From: the human T2T-CHM13v2.0 reference genome, Homo sapiens
Direction: 5' to 3' (one strand)
Assembly: GCF_009914755.1 (NCBI RefSeq)
Contig: NC_060926.1
Length of the DNA: 64,000 bases
The notes beneath the pieces were generated by a model. It made no database searches. It was not told where the DNA came from and saw only the letters and a list, made by a program, of their open reading frames with translations. A program made the translations under genes and the position numbers. Shown piece after piece: positions 43,196 to 58,765 of the stretch (the first letter of the stretch is position 1; every line of letters begins with the position of its first letter).

Positions 43196-44198
43196 TATGG
43201 CATCTTTGTGAAAACATTCACTCATTTGACAAATTTTTATTGAGTACCTATAATGTGGCAGGCACAGAGCTAGACCAGGAGAGAGCAGTGAACAGACATA
43301 GTTCTTGACTTTATAGAGTTTATGTTCTATCAGAGAAAAAGATAAACAAATGGGTAATTATAAAAAGTGTTAGGACAGAGAGAGTCTAGGGCATTTATGA
43401 AGATATATCTTCTTATTCAGGCTCTAAATAGAAACCAGACTGGGTCAAAAGCTGGGTCAAAAATGGGCCTGGGGAAATTTAGTGTAACCTATCTGTGTTG
43501 CCTTTTAATTTTTTCATTTGTTTGCTTCCCTTCTGTGGATTCAGACCTTTTTCAGGAAGTAAATTAAGCTGACACCTGAAGAGTGACTTGGTGTGTGGTG
43601 AAAAGGTGGGGGGAGGAGGAGATGGCATGGCAGGCAGGGAGACTAACAGTTGGCAGAAAATAGTTTCTTAAGTAAGCCCAAGTCCCTTGAGCAACTCAGA
43701 CTTTGTAGCCATGGAAGGTCAGCCAAGAGCCCTGATTTACATGAAGTCGGCGAGAGAACAAATGTGAAAAGAATCAGAAGAAAAAGAGGATAGAGATGCA
43801 AAGAAATTACAGTAATCAAGAAGTCGCAGAGAAGATTAAATATTAAGAAGTCACATCACTTTATGAAAGCTACTTGCTGGCAGGCTTATTTAGTTTTTTC
43901 CTGACCTAATTTATTCAAATTTGAGCCCAAAGTCTGGCACTAATTTGCATGTCCAAGAGTCATGTTTGTCTTGAAATCTAAACCCCATCACATTGTAAAT
44001 GTGCATTTGAAAAGACAACAAATGTAAATGCCTCTTCTGAATGTTATTTAATTGCATTTGGAAAAGAAAATAATTTTAAAGTTGAAAACAGGGAGACTCA
44101 TTAGCAGCTAGCATTAATACTAGAATAAGTTACATACTATGTGTCAAAAGTAAACTCTAAACGATATTCTTCTGTAATCATTTATTCCCACATTGCAG

Positions 44199-44408
44199 GG
44201 ATTGCACCAGGGACTGTTGTAATAACGGATATAGCTGTAGACTCCTTCTTTAAGCCCCGGTTTGAACAGGTCATTTTGGACAACATTGTCACCCGAAGTA
44301 CTGAACTGGACAAAGAACTGTCTGAAGAACTGTTCAACTGTAGCAAAGAAATCCCCAACTTCCCAACCCTCGTTGGACATACAATGTGTACCTATGATTT
44401 TTATGAAG
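44199..44408 (+). CDS. UPP2: UPP2 coding exon 5 (GIAPGTVVITD...TMCTYDFYE)
   Basis: Acceptor cattgcag|; donor G|gtgaga; 210 nt; lies within track ORF 44141..44425. Confidence 0.97.
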
Positions 44409-45369
44409 GTGAGAACAATTTATAAACTGTGAAGGAAACAGAAAAATGCCAGCAAGTCTTTGTTATTCAAACCCATAATTTATATTAACAACTCTACTTA
44501 AGAAAATTAATATTTGTGGGTTAAAAAGGAAATGAAACAGCCTTTTTTACTTACTAAAGCATAGAAACACAAGGACATAATGAGCAGCAGAATGAATTTA
44601 TATTGAGGGTGGATTTAATCCTCCAAGAACACATTGAACACTAAAATGCAATTAGTGATGTTCACAGAATCTTATCTCTGTTTATGCCTTTAACTTAAAT
44701 TAGCAGCTCTAAGAGAAGGGAAGTATGCTGATTCTATGTTTCTGCCATTCATCTGTACCTCAAAAATGATCCTGTCCCCCGGAAACAGTGGTCCAGAAAA
44801 TGGGGAGAAATGCTTGGGGAGGGGGTACAAATCCCACGGGATGGCATGATCTCAGAGCGGGGTTTTTATCTCTCAGCCATGAGTAAGGGGTCCCCAAACC
44901 AAGTTTAGAGACAAATTGAAGATGACTGCTATGTAGCAGCACTTGCTACTAGGGATGAAGGGCCAAGGGGAAGAAACCTTCAAAGACAGACCCCCGATTC
45001 TTTCTCGTCCCAGAAGAAAGAATCTACACAGTATTGGTACCATGCCTTGAAGGGCATTCTGAAAATCTGGCAGTAGTTTTATTCTTTTCAAAATCCATAC
45101 TATTTCATTATAAATTACTTTTATTTTCCCTTTAGCTCAAACTTAAGATATATTGAATTTTAAAAAATTATGTTTGGAGATAGGTCATATTATCTATACA
45201 TTTTACTTCCGGTTAGTAAAGGTGGTTTCACCACATATTTGTTGTAAAATAGAAGGGCTGTTGGGGTCCAATAGGGTTGGGACCCTCTGTTCAAGGCCAC
45301 TGACTCATAGTCCATCTCGAGGGTCACTCACTGATATGTTAAAGCAGAATTTGCAAATGGAAGCTTGTT

Positions 45370-45650
45370 AAAGTCAATGTTTCCTTTGGCCTGCACAGTA
45401 TTTTTAAAAATGTGAATTATTTTGCCAACATTTACAATATCTGGAGATTTTATATTAACACCCACATTTCTGGCTTTTTGAAATAACTAGCATTTAAAAA
45501 TGTACACCAGTATATGCATGGCAGCCTTGACAAGCCCTGACCCACATCTGGGGCTACATTTGCTGAAGGTGAGGTGAAGCTGCTCCCCTCAGACCAGACA
45601 CTCGCATCGACATTACCTGCTTGGCTTCTGCGATGTCTGTGTTTGAATCA
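45370..45650. mobile_element. hAT-Charlie (MER102-like) fragment
   Basis: tttggcctgcacagtattttt..ttgccaacattta..ggagatttt..atttctggct. Confidence 0.5.
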
Positions 45651-46388
45651 GCTTAAATAGAGGTGGTGGCACGCAGCTCTAATGAGAAGAGAAGGAACAA
45701 GGGGAAGCAGACTGCCAGGGGTGAAAGTAGCGTGAAAGAGATAGAGGAAAGGGAGAAAAAGAGAGGAAAGAGCACCAAAAAGGGGATTGTGAAAATAATG
45801 GATGGCAACAGAGTGCTATTAGCCCACTTGCTTGAATCCAGGTCTTCTCAGGAGTGAGGAGGCATTAGGAGGTCTATTTCTGGGTGTGCACAGGGTACGG
45901 AAGGAGTAATGACATCAAGGTTTCCTTTCCTTGCTTCTGTCCGCACTGGTAGATACAGCTGAAATTCAGCGATGAATGAACACTGGGAGCAGCCTGGAAA
46001 GGAAAATGTGATCACAAGGGGTGGCGTGCAGCCTGAGAAGTGTGCGGAAAGGGGGAAGGTGGACAATGTCGCAAAGGCATATGGAGAGGCGCAATGTCCA
46101 AACACTGTCCTGATCCTCAAGTAGCTTAGCATCATCGAAACCTCTTTTTTTTTTCTCCCAGCACCCATCCCTGGGCCATTCCCCAGTCATTGGAGCAACC
46201 TGAGATTTTCCTCAAAGGGCAGCTCTCACAGCAACCCCCCGCTTCCTGATTTCCCTGGGCACAGTGCTGGCTGCTGCAGCCACTCAACAGTTACTGACCC
46301 CAGAACTGAGGTCCTCGGCCATGAAGGCTCCTTCCTACGTATGAGACTCCTCAGCTAGGGACAGCATCGCTCCACAGTCCTCTGGTAG

Positions 46389-46706
<318 letters not shown>

Positions 46707-47039
46707 TAGGGTCAAATTCTCCTCTTTCATGAAGCTACTTTTACACCTTAGGAGAAGAAAAAGAGGTCCAGCTATATATTACCTTGGGCTGAAGGCATGA
46801 CTTATAATTGTATATAATATACATTATCTCATAATATCTTGTGAGTGGCCAGGACTTTATTCTTATTATGCAAATAAGGAAACTAAACCTCAGGGTTCAA
46901 CAGCTAATTGGTGACATGTTCAGGGCTTGACAGCAAGTTCGGTTTCCTTCATCCTGGTGGTGGCTAGCAGTTTCTATTACAATTGAATTTATTGAGACAA
47001 GATACAAACAAAATATTCCTAAAATAGTCCATCAATCAT

Positions 47040-47950
47040 AATTTTAAAGAGCATGGTCAGGGAAGGATGGGAGAAGAATGTGCCACTTGGATATCTGGGG
47101 GAAGAGCATTCTGTTCAATGCAAATCCAAGGCCACAGACAGGAGCATTCAAGGAGAATTGGAGGAACAGGGAAGAGATCAGGAGGGGAGAGGCAGTGGTG
47201 GAGAATGGGAGGAGAGAGGGAAGATGTACAGATTGTGTAGGACACTGTGAGAACAATGACTTTCACTCTGGGTGAAATGAGAAGCCACTGGAGAGCTCTG
47301 AATAGAGAGGTGGCTGGATCTGACCTGTGTGTTAACAGAATCACAGTGGCGGCTCAGCTGGGAAGACCCGAATGGGGTCAAGGGCAGAAGCAGGGAGAAG
47401 AACGAGAAGGCGAACGCAGTAGTCTAGTGAGAGTTGATGGACAAAGTGATAGCAGCGCAGGTAGTGAGAAGTAGTCAGATTGTAGAAACATTTTGAAGAC
47501 AAACCCAACAACATTTGCTGACAACTTGATGTAAATTTGGTGAGAAAGGCAGGAGTTAAAAATGACTCCCATGTTTATGGTCTAAACTACTGGAAGCATG
47601 AGGTTGCCATAACTGGGACAGAGGAAATTGGGGTGAAGACATTAGGGTAGTAGACATCAAAATGGAGGCCAAGCAAGCAGGTGAATTTATGAATCTGGAG
47701 TTTAGGTTGGTCGTTTGCACTGGAGACATAAAATTCTAAGTTGAAAGCATATAGATGGCATTTAAAGCTATGCAATGGGTAAGATAACAAACAATGAGTC
47801 TAGGCACAGATGACAAGAGGTCCTTGCTTAAACGTTAAAAGTTAATTGAGATGGGAGAGACCAAGGAGGAGTGGCCCATGAAGTTGGCAGTACACCAGGG
47901 AAGTGTGGCATCCTGATATGCAGAGAGGAAGGCTTCAAAGAAGTAAAGAA
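47040..47950 (-). mobile_element. L2 LINE fragment
   Basis: Purine-rich antisense L2 phrases (gactttcactctgggtgaaatgagaagccactggag; ggtagtgagaagtagtcagatt; aaaaatgactcc). Confidence 0.75.
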
Positions 47951-48211
47951 TTACAGCACAATAAAGCTTCATTTTTATAAGTGGAATTTGACTTGCAAAA
48001 CTTGTCCTTATAGTCAATGAATTTTAATCTACACATTACAAACAGAATATATGTGGTCATATTTCTAAGAATGCATTTTACAAAAAAGCTGTAGTTCTAA
48101 GGAGATTAATTGTTGAACCACTATCCTTAACTACTTGCATCTGTCAGAATATATGTACGTGTAAATTATTGGTAAAAACGTGGGAAGAACACGCAATGCA
48201 TTTTTGTACTC

Positions 48212-48510
48212 TTTTTTTTTTTTTTTGAGACAGAGTCTCCCTCTGTTGCCCAGGCTGAGTGTAGTGGCGCAATCTCGGCTCACTATAATCTTTGCTTTGC
48301 CTCCTGGGTTCAAGCAATTCTCTTGCCTCAGCCTCCCACATAGCTGGAATTACAAGCTTGTGCCACCATGCCCGGCTAACTTTTGTATTTTCAGTAGAGA
48401 TGGGGTTTCAATGTTGGCCAGACTGGTCTTGAACTCCTGACATCAAGTGATCCACTTGCCTCGGCCTCCCAAAGTGCTAGGATTACAGGAGTGAGCCACC
48501 ACGCCCAGCC
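48212..48510 (-). mobile_element. AluS element in intron 6
   Basis: Antisense Alu; degenerate TSD CATTTTTGTACTCTTTT versus CATCTTTGTATTCTTTT. Confidence 0.94.
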
Positions 48511-49949
48511 CATCTTTGTATTCTTTTGAAGGTCATTGCTAGTATCCTCTTTTAGAGAACAAGAGCATCTGCTTTTCTCTCTACAAGTTAGTGACGGTGG
48601 GAAAGCAGCACCCCACACAGCCTGCAGGGACACCTGGATTCAGATGGTTCTGCTCCAGGAAATGCCTCCTCACATTTCTTTATTACATAAACAAGTGATC
48701 ACTTGAGTCATGTCTCCACCTAATGTGTAAGTGTAACATAATTTGTTAACCACTTTATTAATAGTTAAACATAAAATGCCGAGTTATCAACATGTTGCCT
48801 TCATGAAAACCGGGTGATGACCAGCAGTTCTTTCTTAAGAGGCACCAACTGGCAGCCAAGAAGAGTTCTAGGCTTGTGGACCCTGGACTCTGAGTCTTTC
48901 TTTCTCTGTTTAGGATGTTGCAGAAACCTAAGTGAAGTTATTCTAAGAGCCTTTCTGTCCTTGCTGCAAATCTTTGTAACCTTGCTCTCTCTGCTACCTG
49001 CAGGTTTCCCTCCTGGATGCTTTCTTCTCTACATTTCTGTAGTTACTGCCCTCCACTGCATTTTCTTTCTTATGCTGCTGCTGGACCTGCTGGTAGCTGA
49101 TTTCCGCCTGCAAATAGCTCTCCCCCAGGCCACTGCTGCAGCCTTTCATGGAGTAGACCCCTTCTAGGCTGCCAACATTCACACTAAAAGTTGCATCTGC
49201 AGCTCTGTAGTTCTTGGGAGTATTTCTATCTGAATGTCTTCATGGTGCCAGCGGCTCTTTATCTCCCTCAGATTTACTGTTCTAAAAGGTGGATTCCTGG
49301 TATGCTGTCCCCTGGAAGATCAGCCACCAAGTATAGAGACCGAAAACCCCATGGATAGGGTGCTATCATATTCTCTTCTTTCATTACTACTTCATAACAT
49401 CCTGTTCCCGTAACACTGAAGCTTGGAAGCTGGCATCTGGCACCTTTTGATTTTAACCCATTTATAACGCACTTTGTGTGAGCCAGAAAAGCTTGCTTGG
49501 GGAAGGGCTGAGAATGCATTCATGGACAGCTGCTGAAACAGAGGAAGTTAGAGAGGACATCTGATGGTAAGCAATATGGAAAAAAAGATTTCACCTGGCA
49601 CCAAGAGCCCAGGGCCCATAGGCATGTCTCCCTAACCCCCTCCCTGCCACTGTTAGTTATGGCCCACCCTATCCTATCTCTCCAGACAGCCTTCTGACAC
49701 CTCTTCTGTTCCTTTAGTACACCAGATGACTGGATAACCAATCAGAATTCATACTAAGGTGATGGCTTATAAATACCAAATACTTACATAAACAAAGGTC
49801 TTCTAGAGAACCATTGTACTAACTTAGATGAATTACTCACTGAGTTTGGACCATTGCAGAAACAGATCTTTCTAGATCTACTTAGCACAAGGAGGCCTTG
49901 GGTCCACGTGGATTACCACTTATTATCTTTGCAGTTAGTATTACACATC

Positions 49950-50253
49950 TCACCCTAAATCTCACCTCCTCAAAAAAGTCTTGCATGACTACCTACACTC
50001 ACTCACTCACAATGGTGTCATTCTATTTCATTTATCTGCATCACATTTACCACTACTGACTATATTTCCAGTCTGTTTATATGTTAACTTATATATTATT
50101 TCATGCATATTAGTGCATAAAGGCATATATTGATTATTTCTCTCCATTAGTGCCATAAGAACAGGGACCTTGTTTGTCATTGCTGTATCCCCAGTACTTA
50201 GAATAATGCCTGCCATATGGGCTTTCAATATTTACTGAACGAGTGAGTGAATG
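49950..50253 (+). mobile_element. L2 3' end
   Basis: cagggaccttgtttgtcattgctgtatccccagtacttagaataatgcctgccata..caatatttactgaacgagtgagtgaatga. Confidence 0.75.
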
Positions 50254-52542
50254 AAAAAAAAAAGGGCCACTAGACTCTTTTTGACTATGGAAAATGGCCA
50301 TTGCAAACTTTAACCTTTATTCCCCAGCCATATAAGTGGCTTAGAATTGTCTAAAGGACTTAGGAGTATCTCCTAACTGTCCACAAAGGGGGAAATAAAG
50401 CCTTAAAGTCAAGCCTCCCTTTGCTCTAAGGTCTATACAAATATTTATTTTGCTAGATCTACAACCTCTGGGTCTGTCAACATTTGATAGGTGGACAAAC
50501 TACCTATAATAAGGCCACTGACACCCAGAAGTCACTGTTGCTATCCTGATCTCATTATTTTAGAAAAGAGAGTTGGGAATCCAATGCTGTTTTAACAAAG
50601 ATTCAGGTGAAGGGAAATAGTGGAATTCACCCAATTATTCCAAAGCTAAATTTTCAGCATAATGTAAACCTGTTCAATGGAAGCACTGTGCAATGCTCAA
50701 TAAATGCATTCTCCTATCACTTTATAATATGCACATATCTGTGTCTCTCTTAAAGCAAAATCTACTTTAATTAAGCCCCAAACATTCTGATGAAAGATGA
50801 TAATCCTCTTGTACTGTGAACTTGTGGTAAGTATGTTTAACTTGTATTCGTGTTTTAAAGACAGTGCTGCCTTTTGACACAGGCTTGCCTGACAATATAT
50901 GAAGCCTAATATTTGTCTACGCTTAGGTTCTGCTTAAATCCTCTTCTATGTCTAGTTGTTTGCAGCACTCACAGTGGCTTTTCTTTAAAGAATTCAGTGT
51001 TATTTCCTCGGACAGACACTGGTAACTTAGGGAAATATTTAGTCTTTATAATATTACCTTAGTACAGTTCAATGAGAGGGAGCAGAATCTTGACTTTAAT
51101 TCCATGTTTATATTCTTCTGCTGTTCCCAACAATGAAGGATATTGGACTCTGAGAACTGCATGAGGATCATTGATAAAGGTAAAAAGATACCACAAGGAT
51201 TAAAGGTTATAATCAGTTTGGAGCTAGAGTATTTCTTAACCCTAAAATGGAGATAAATCCAGATTTTGAAAAATCTTTAGGCCAGGGTACAAGGAGACCA
51301 ATTGCAGGGCTCTTCACCTTTACAAGAGAAAAACTTCATTCTGTATGTATTCTACATGACTGTAGCTCAGGGAGGTTAAATAACTTTCCCACCTTCTCAG
51401 AGCTGGGAAACAGGTGAGCTGGACTTTGAACCCAGCTTGGCTGACTCAGGCAGCTTTGCACCCTGCCTGCCATTTCTTGCCAGCAGCCTCCGTGTGGACA
51501 CAACATGTTCATAGTCTCTGGACGGAAGAGCCAAAATGTGCACCACTAAAAGTCAATGCAGATTTTTCCATTTTAAGTGTGGTGAGCAGATAGTTGCACC
51601 ACTGCCACAAGCAAACCCTAAGGGCTGAGCACATACCAATTGACTTAGTGATGGGATCAAATAAAACATTAAGCAGATACTTATTTTATAGTATGCAGAG
51701 CCCTCATTTTGCCAAGAAAATCAGTCATTGTAGCTGGAAAATCAGGTATAAATGGTATATAATTCACTTATTACTTTTACAGGGACAAGATTTTTACAAA
51801 GGTGTCTTTTTGCTTTTTCACATATTTTAATCAAGGTCAGTGTCTATAGTTTTGTTTGATTCATTTTAATTCCACCCTCCTAGCCTCTATTCTACTCTTC
51901 CCTTCCCACTGCCAACAACTCACACATTAGGGATCATTTAGCGCCATTGATTCCACCCTGTCTGTGGTTGTCATTATTTGTGGCCCTCCTCTCCCCTGCT
52001 ATGACCCCAGGGAGGCTATCTGGATTCCCCTGGTGAGCCTCTCACCCCCACCTCCAGTAAGTACACAAGGCTCCATCGTCTACCTATCCTGTAGCATCTC
52101 TGGTTAACGGTCCCACATCTGGCAGAAGCTCAAGTCCTCGAGATTACATCTGGACCTCCTGGAGAAGACAGCAGGTTTTTGAACGAACCAAATCATGTGA
52201 GGCATGTAAGCTGAGGATGTGGACTTGCAAGAAGCCTTTGAGATCTAACCTGCTCCTTGCTCAGAGGATGAAATGAGGTCTAGAGAGTGTAATTGACCTG
52301 CCTGAGGAAACAGACTAAAACAGAGATGAATTAGAATAGACATCTCCTGTCTCCTGATCACCACTCTCTCCACTATTCCATAAGGTGCAAAAAAGTAATA
52401 TATTCATCTATCGAAAGATGACCTGTACTGCCTCTATTTAAAAAAGCATTTGTGGCAGCTTTCAATGAAAGAGGAATGCATAATAATATAATTTAAACAG
52501 AGGTAAAAAAAAAAAATAGGAGGCATTTATTTAAGGAAATAG

Positions 52543-52896
<354 letters not shown>

Positions 52897-52987
52897 TAAA
52901 GAGGCCACCCAGGAGTACAATACTTAATTTAAACACTTAGATTGAGCTCTGAGTTTCCTGGAAGCCAAGCTGTAAACAAAAACACTG

Positions 52988-53292
<305 letters not shown>

Positions 53293-55179
53293 TTAGCTAG
53301 TAAAAACATTTGCGGTTTGTCACAAAATCTTGATCCAAATGTTAAACTTAAATGAAATTATCAGCTATATTATAATGGGCAGTGTCGTTGATAGCACCTT
53401 TATAAAAGGTATGGGACAATTCTTCATAGGTATAATGAATTGGTTCTAATTCAGCATTGTTTGGGCACCCAAAGAACTGGGGTCCAGGTATGTATATTTG
53501 TGGTAATGATGATTCAAAGATAGAGTTTAAAGTCTTTGAAGCAGTCATTTTCAAATATTAATGTAAAAATAATTTAACTGGGAAGATGTTTTCATGCAGA
53601 TTCACTGCGCTTTCCCAACACCCATCCCCAATTGTGATTTAGTATGTCTGGAATAAAGCCTAAGTATCTCTGATTCTGATGCAAGAGGCCAGTGGAGCAC
53701 ATTTTGAGAAACATGACTCTGGAAGAACAAATTGTTTCTATGTCTCTTACCATTGACCAGCCCCTTTGAATACAAATTTTCCCCACCTTGTTTTTAATAA
53801 GCAGCCAATAGCCTGAGATTAATGTTTCAGCGGAGATACAGGAAGTGCAAAGACTCTGGGTTGTTGATTAAAAAACATTTCCTGTGCTTTACATACCAGG
53901 CATATAGGGAGCAAAGGTAGTGTTTGCTTAATAAACTCAAACCCTTGAGGAGCAATGGGGGAGGGTATGAACATAACCAGGAAGAGGTAGAAGAAAGGCC
54001 AGGCTGGGAACTCCAAAGCTAATCTTTGCTGCTTTTCCTTTTTCCAAAGACCAGCCCTGTTTGACTTCTGCTGTGCAATGGGCATTTGTGCCCAGCCCTG
54101 CTATCTTTGCCCACAGTTCATGGGAAAACCTTGTTGAAAGTTCATTCTGAATCAGAGAGGTGGGGTTAAAGTGGTGGTCCATAGGGGTGCGTGGATTCCT
54201 AAGGATTCATGAGTGAATTTTCAGGGGCCCTGGGACCCCTGAAGTTATACACAAATATTTTGTGTGTATTGGCAGATGTGTATTTTTGTGTGAAAAGAGG
54301 TTCCAATTAGGACTTTCATCAGATTTTCAAAGCAGCCATAAATGTTCCCAAAGGGTTGACAATTACTGGGCAGTCCTAGTTCAGCTCAGGGTGCATCCAA
54401 GCTCCATGTTCAGGTCTGTGTGTTCCCAGAACATTCTAGCCTCAGGTCAGTTCACTGACAATCTCCTTGGTGGCAGCTGGGTCACTAAGTATCTCTTCCT
54501 CCCCAGCAGCCACCCTCCCTGCCTAATCTGAGGATTTTGCTAGCAAAGCTGTCAGGCTTAATTTCAGCAAATTGTTTTGGGTAATTAGTCCCTTTTAATT
54601 GCTCATGGAAATAGTAATTTTAAGTGACAAGATTATTATATGCTGCTCGCTAGTGGATTCTCCAGGGTCAAGAAAACACCACTGAGATTGCTATAACCTG
54701 TTCTTTTCTATCTTTGGCATTCCCCTTGAAATCCAGAAAAGACATTTAGTAAAGTCGGTTCCCACTCTGTAAAAAGTATAGAGCACTGGTTTCCTTTTAT
54801 CCTTCTGCCAAAGTGAAGGATTAGAGAAGGACTTTCAACTTTTCTGTGCGACTGCCAGCCCATGTCAGGCTTCACAGATTTGCTGATCATTAACTTGAAA
54901 AGCTGTGGGAAGTTTCTAGCTCTTCCATTTGCTTGTTTACCTGTACAGCCAAGTTGCTTTACAACTGACTGAGTTTTGAATAAATAGGGTCCTAGGTGAT
55001 GAAATATTTGCCGCAGCTCAAGTTGAATATTTTCATTGCTTTTCACGTCACTGAACAAGAGGGTCAGTCTGACCGATGGGTCAGTATAACCGATAGGGCA
55101 GGATTGCCTAATGGTTCACCATGTGCTAGCTCAGGGGAGGAGTGGATGGAAGGTAGAGAACTCTTCTCTCATCAGTTTA

Positions 55180-55340
55180 GGAAGCTAGGAGTTGATTGGC
55201 TCTGACCAGCTGTGTAATACTGGGCCATTTGGTTGATCATTCTAAGCCCTCATTTAATCATCTGTCGAAAGAGGACAAAAATAATCCTAGCTCAAGGAAT
55301 AGCTGTAAAGGATTAAGTGATATCATAAATGCTTGGCATG
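55180..55340 (+). mobile_element. MIR SINE
   Basis: ggctctgaccagctgtgtaatactgggc..tctaagccctca..catctgt..taaaggattaagtga. Confidence 0.6.
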
Positions 55341-55409
55341 TAGCAATAACTAAGTCAAACAAAAAAGATACATGGATTGGAGAAATGTGGAGAAACGCAT
55401 GGAGAAAAC

Positions 55410-56454
55410 ACTTCTAAACTGATACATCTGATAAGAGGTAATACACAGAACATACAAGGAACTCAAACAACTCAATAGCAAGAAAACAAATTAAGAAATG
55501 GGCAAAGGATCTGAATAGGTTCTAAAAGAAGACATACAAAAGGCCAACAGATATATTAAAAAAAACACTCAACCTCACTAGTCATCAGGGAAATGCAAAT
55601 TAAAACAATGGCGAGGTGTCGCTTCACACCTGCTAGAATGGCCATAATCAAAAAAGACGAAAGATAAAAAGTGTTGGCAGGATGTGGAGAAAAGAGAACC
55701 CTTGAATACTGTTGATGGGAATGTAAATTAGTACATCAATTATGAAAAACAGTATGGTGGTTCTTCAAAAAACTAAGAATTCCCATATAAGCTAGCAATC
55801 CCACCTCTGGTACATATCTGAAGGAACTGGTATCAGTGTGCTGTAAACAGACATCTGCTCTCCCAAGTTTGTTGCAGCATTATTCACAACAGCCAAGATA
55901 TGGAATCAACCAAGTGTCCATCAACAGATGAATAGACTTTTAAAATGTGGTATATATACACAATGAAATACTACTTAGCCTTTAAAAAGAAGGAAATTCT
56001 CTCATTTGCAACAACATGGATGAATTTGGAGGCCATTTTGTTAAGTGAAATAAGCCAGGCACAGATAGACAAATACTGTATGATTTCACTTATATGTGGA
56101 ATCTAGAAAAATCAAACTCATGGAAGTAGAGAGTAGAATGGTGGTTACCAGAGTATAGGGGAGCAGGATGGGGAACGGAGAGAAACTGGTCGAAGGGTGC
56201 AAAATTTCAGTTACAAGGAGGATTAAGCTCGAGAGATCTATTGCATAGCATAGTGATGAGAGTTTGTAATAACGTATAGTGAAAAATCTTTAAGAGAGTA
56301 GATTTTAATTGTTTTCACCATAAAAATGCAAGTATAAGAGATGATAGATATGTGAATTAGGCTAATTTAATCATTTCACAATGTATACATATATCAAAAC
56401 ATCACATTGTACCTCATAATTATATATAATTACTATTTGTCATTTAAAAATAAA
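55410..56454 (+). mobile_element. L1MA (L1MA8/9-like) 3' end
   Basis: ORF2 3' remnant and L1MA 3' UTR ending tttgtcatttaaaaataaa. Confidence 0.85.
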
Positions 56455-57405
56455 GATAGCATGTACTATTATAATTACAGTATACTACTTCTTCCCAAAT
56501 CTAGATCTTACAAAGAAGTCTGGAGTAGCAGAGAGGTCAAAGAAATAAACACTACCCTCATGCCCAACTCTCTCCATGCCTTCCAAGTTTGTTAATACAG
56601 ACACATCCAATCCAATCACATATGTACTGAAATCCTTTTTTAAATGATGCAGATTCAGATGGAGATTATTACACCGTTAGCAATTCAAAGTGGCTAACAC
56701 TGATTTCAATGTGGGTAACCACATTCCTTGAAATCAAAGATTTGATATGAAACTGACAATAAAGAATTCATATGGAACTCAATTTTTCTTGCTGATGAAA
56801 CCAAAGACATTGCCCTTGTGACAACTTTTCAAAAATAAGAGTTTCATTTTTTAAAAAAGACTTTTGTTTTTTTTCCTCCAGTTTCCTATAAGATTTCATT
56901 CTCATTCTTTAGAAATCAAATGCTAATACATTTCCTCTTTCATGGTGCTGCTTCTTACATTTAAGCATTTCATATCATGTTTTTTCCTCTCAAATTTCAT
57001 GAGAGCCAGTACTCACGTTTATTGGTATTTCCTGAGGTCAGCGTTCTATATCTCTTCTGTATTTACTTTTTTCTTCAGCAAGGGCTGCAATGCAGCAGGC
57101 AAACTCAACCATTGCACCAAGGAGAAAAATGTCACCTTGGGAATTACGGCTAGTTCTCCAGTTATATCCTCCCGTAAAAGACCCTCCTCTAAGAACTGGA
57201 AATAGGATAGAAAGCAGGAGATGGCATATCTCAGATTGCAAAGCTTTCTCCTTTATCTTGAACATGATGCTTTCCTGAGCCTTAATCTAGTCAATTGTGG
57301 AGGAAAAGAGGAAGGAGGAGTGTTCACAACAATTTTAGTTAACTTATTTAAATGAAGTGTTTGGTGGGATTCCACAAAAATATTGAAGACCAGAAGGTTC
57401 AGTAG

Positions 57406-57684
<279 letters not shown>

Positions 57685-58765
57685 ACGTCCTAACTGGGCA
57701 GCCCAACCCTCCCCTGCAAGTTTGTAGCTCAAGTTGTAATGTGAAAGTCATATTTTATTTGTGGCATTTTTATATAGTTCTCATCCACATGCTAAATGGA
57801 AAGACTTTATGAAATCCTTCTCTCTTAAAAAGGAATTTATTGTAAAAGAATACTCACACTAAATTAAATTCAAATTTCATTTTAGAATAAGTTAACTAAA
57901 TCAGTCTAATAATTAAAATTTTAAAACTCCTGGATTATGACATTTGGAGTTTCATATGCAGCATTAATTAAGCTCACATCAAAATAGACCAGCCATTTGC
58001 ACATAGTTACCAGTCACTCTGTTTCTGAAACCAATCCAGAAATTCATGTTAGAACATTGTCAGGCACTTCTAGGTATTGGACAAGTGACAGAAACTGATC
58101 ATCCATATTCAAAATATTTACAGAAAAAAGTGTCAGTGAAATGTAGGTCTATATGGAAAAGTTACCATTAGGAAAATATGGCCATACTGCTTTTTTACCC
58201 CTGCACTATTTCAGTGCACCACAGAATAGGATTCGAGATTTACATATGCCTGTTTGTGATTTTATCTCAGAATATAACAACTCTGGATTACATTTTCCTC
58301 TCAACTGAAAACCCTCAGTAATGCAAAGAAAGGCCTTCCTTTTTCTTCAGAATCACAAGTGACTAAATTGCCTTCTAGCCATTTTTTCTTGTAAAAAAAG
58401 TGTTTTGAGGAGGCTGTATTTTTTATTCCATTTCAATATTAACCAAATAGGCTGAGAAATTCATAGCAATTGAATTAAGACTTGAGTTCAAGATGTTAAA
58501 GGAATCCTTTTGTATGACTTGTCCAGACCGGCCTATTGCCCTACCCGTTTGATTCTCTGGGAGGCATGGTGCTCCTCCTGGCTGCACATGCTCTCTGTGA
58601 ACTGATCGCATCTTGGGTTCTTCTCAATTTGACATACTTGGGAGTCGGAATGACTGGATGGGGGATGGGTAGAGGATGACTGGCACACTTGTATAGTATG
58701 TAATGTTGTGTACATATTATTTATATGGTTGTGGCTCAAATAAAGTTTAATTCCAACACAGTACA
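57685..58765 (+). other. UPP2: UPP2 3' UTR (to the first canonical poly(A) signal)
   Basis: AT-rich unique sequence after the stop codon, ending near AATAAA at 58739. Confidence 0.7.
58739..58744 (+). terminator. Polyadenylation signal AATAAA
   Basis: Canonical hexamer preceded by several TGTA (CFIm) motifs at 58690-58713; further AATAAA at 58899 and 58926. Confidence 0.7.

Noticed and set aside
43440-43462. Direct repeat CTGGGTCAAAA x2 (GGGTCA half sites)
   Set aside because: The 6-nt spacing is not a standard nuclear-receptor arrangement; a small local duplication is more likely.
44700-45100. GC-richer unique-looking stretch in intron 5 with short minus-strand ORFs
   Set aside because: No recognisable protein, splice pair or repeat family that I can support.
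50786-50830. CTGATGA motif (hammerhead core or C/D-box-like); also at about 18182, 38627, 40366 and 56792
   Set aside because: I could not find the required flanking stems, GAAA placement or paired boxes.
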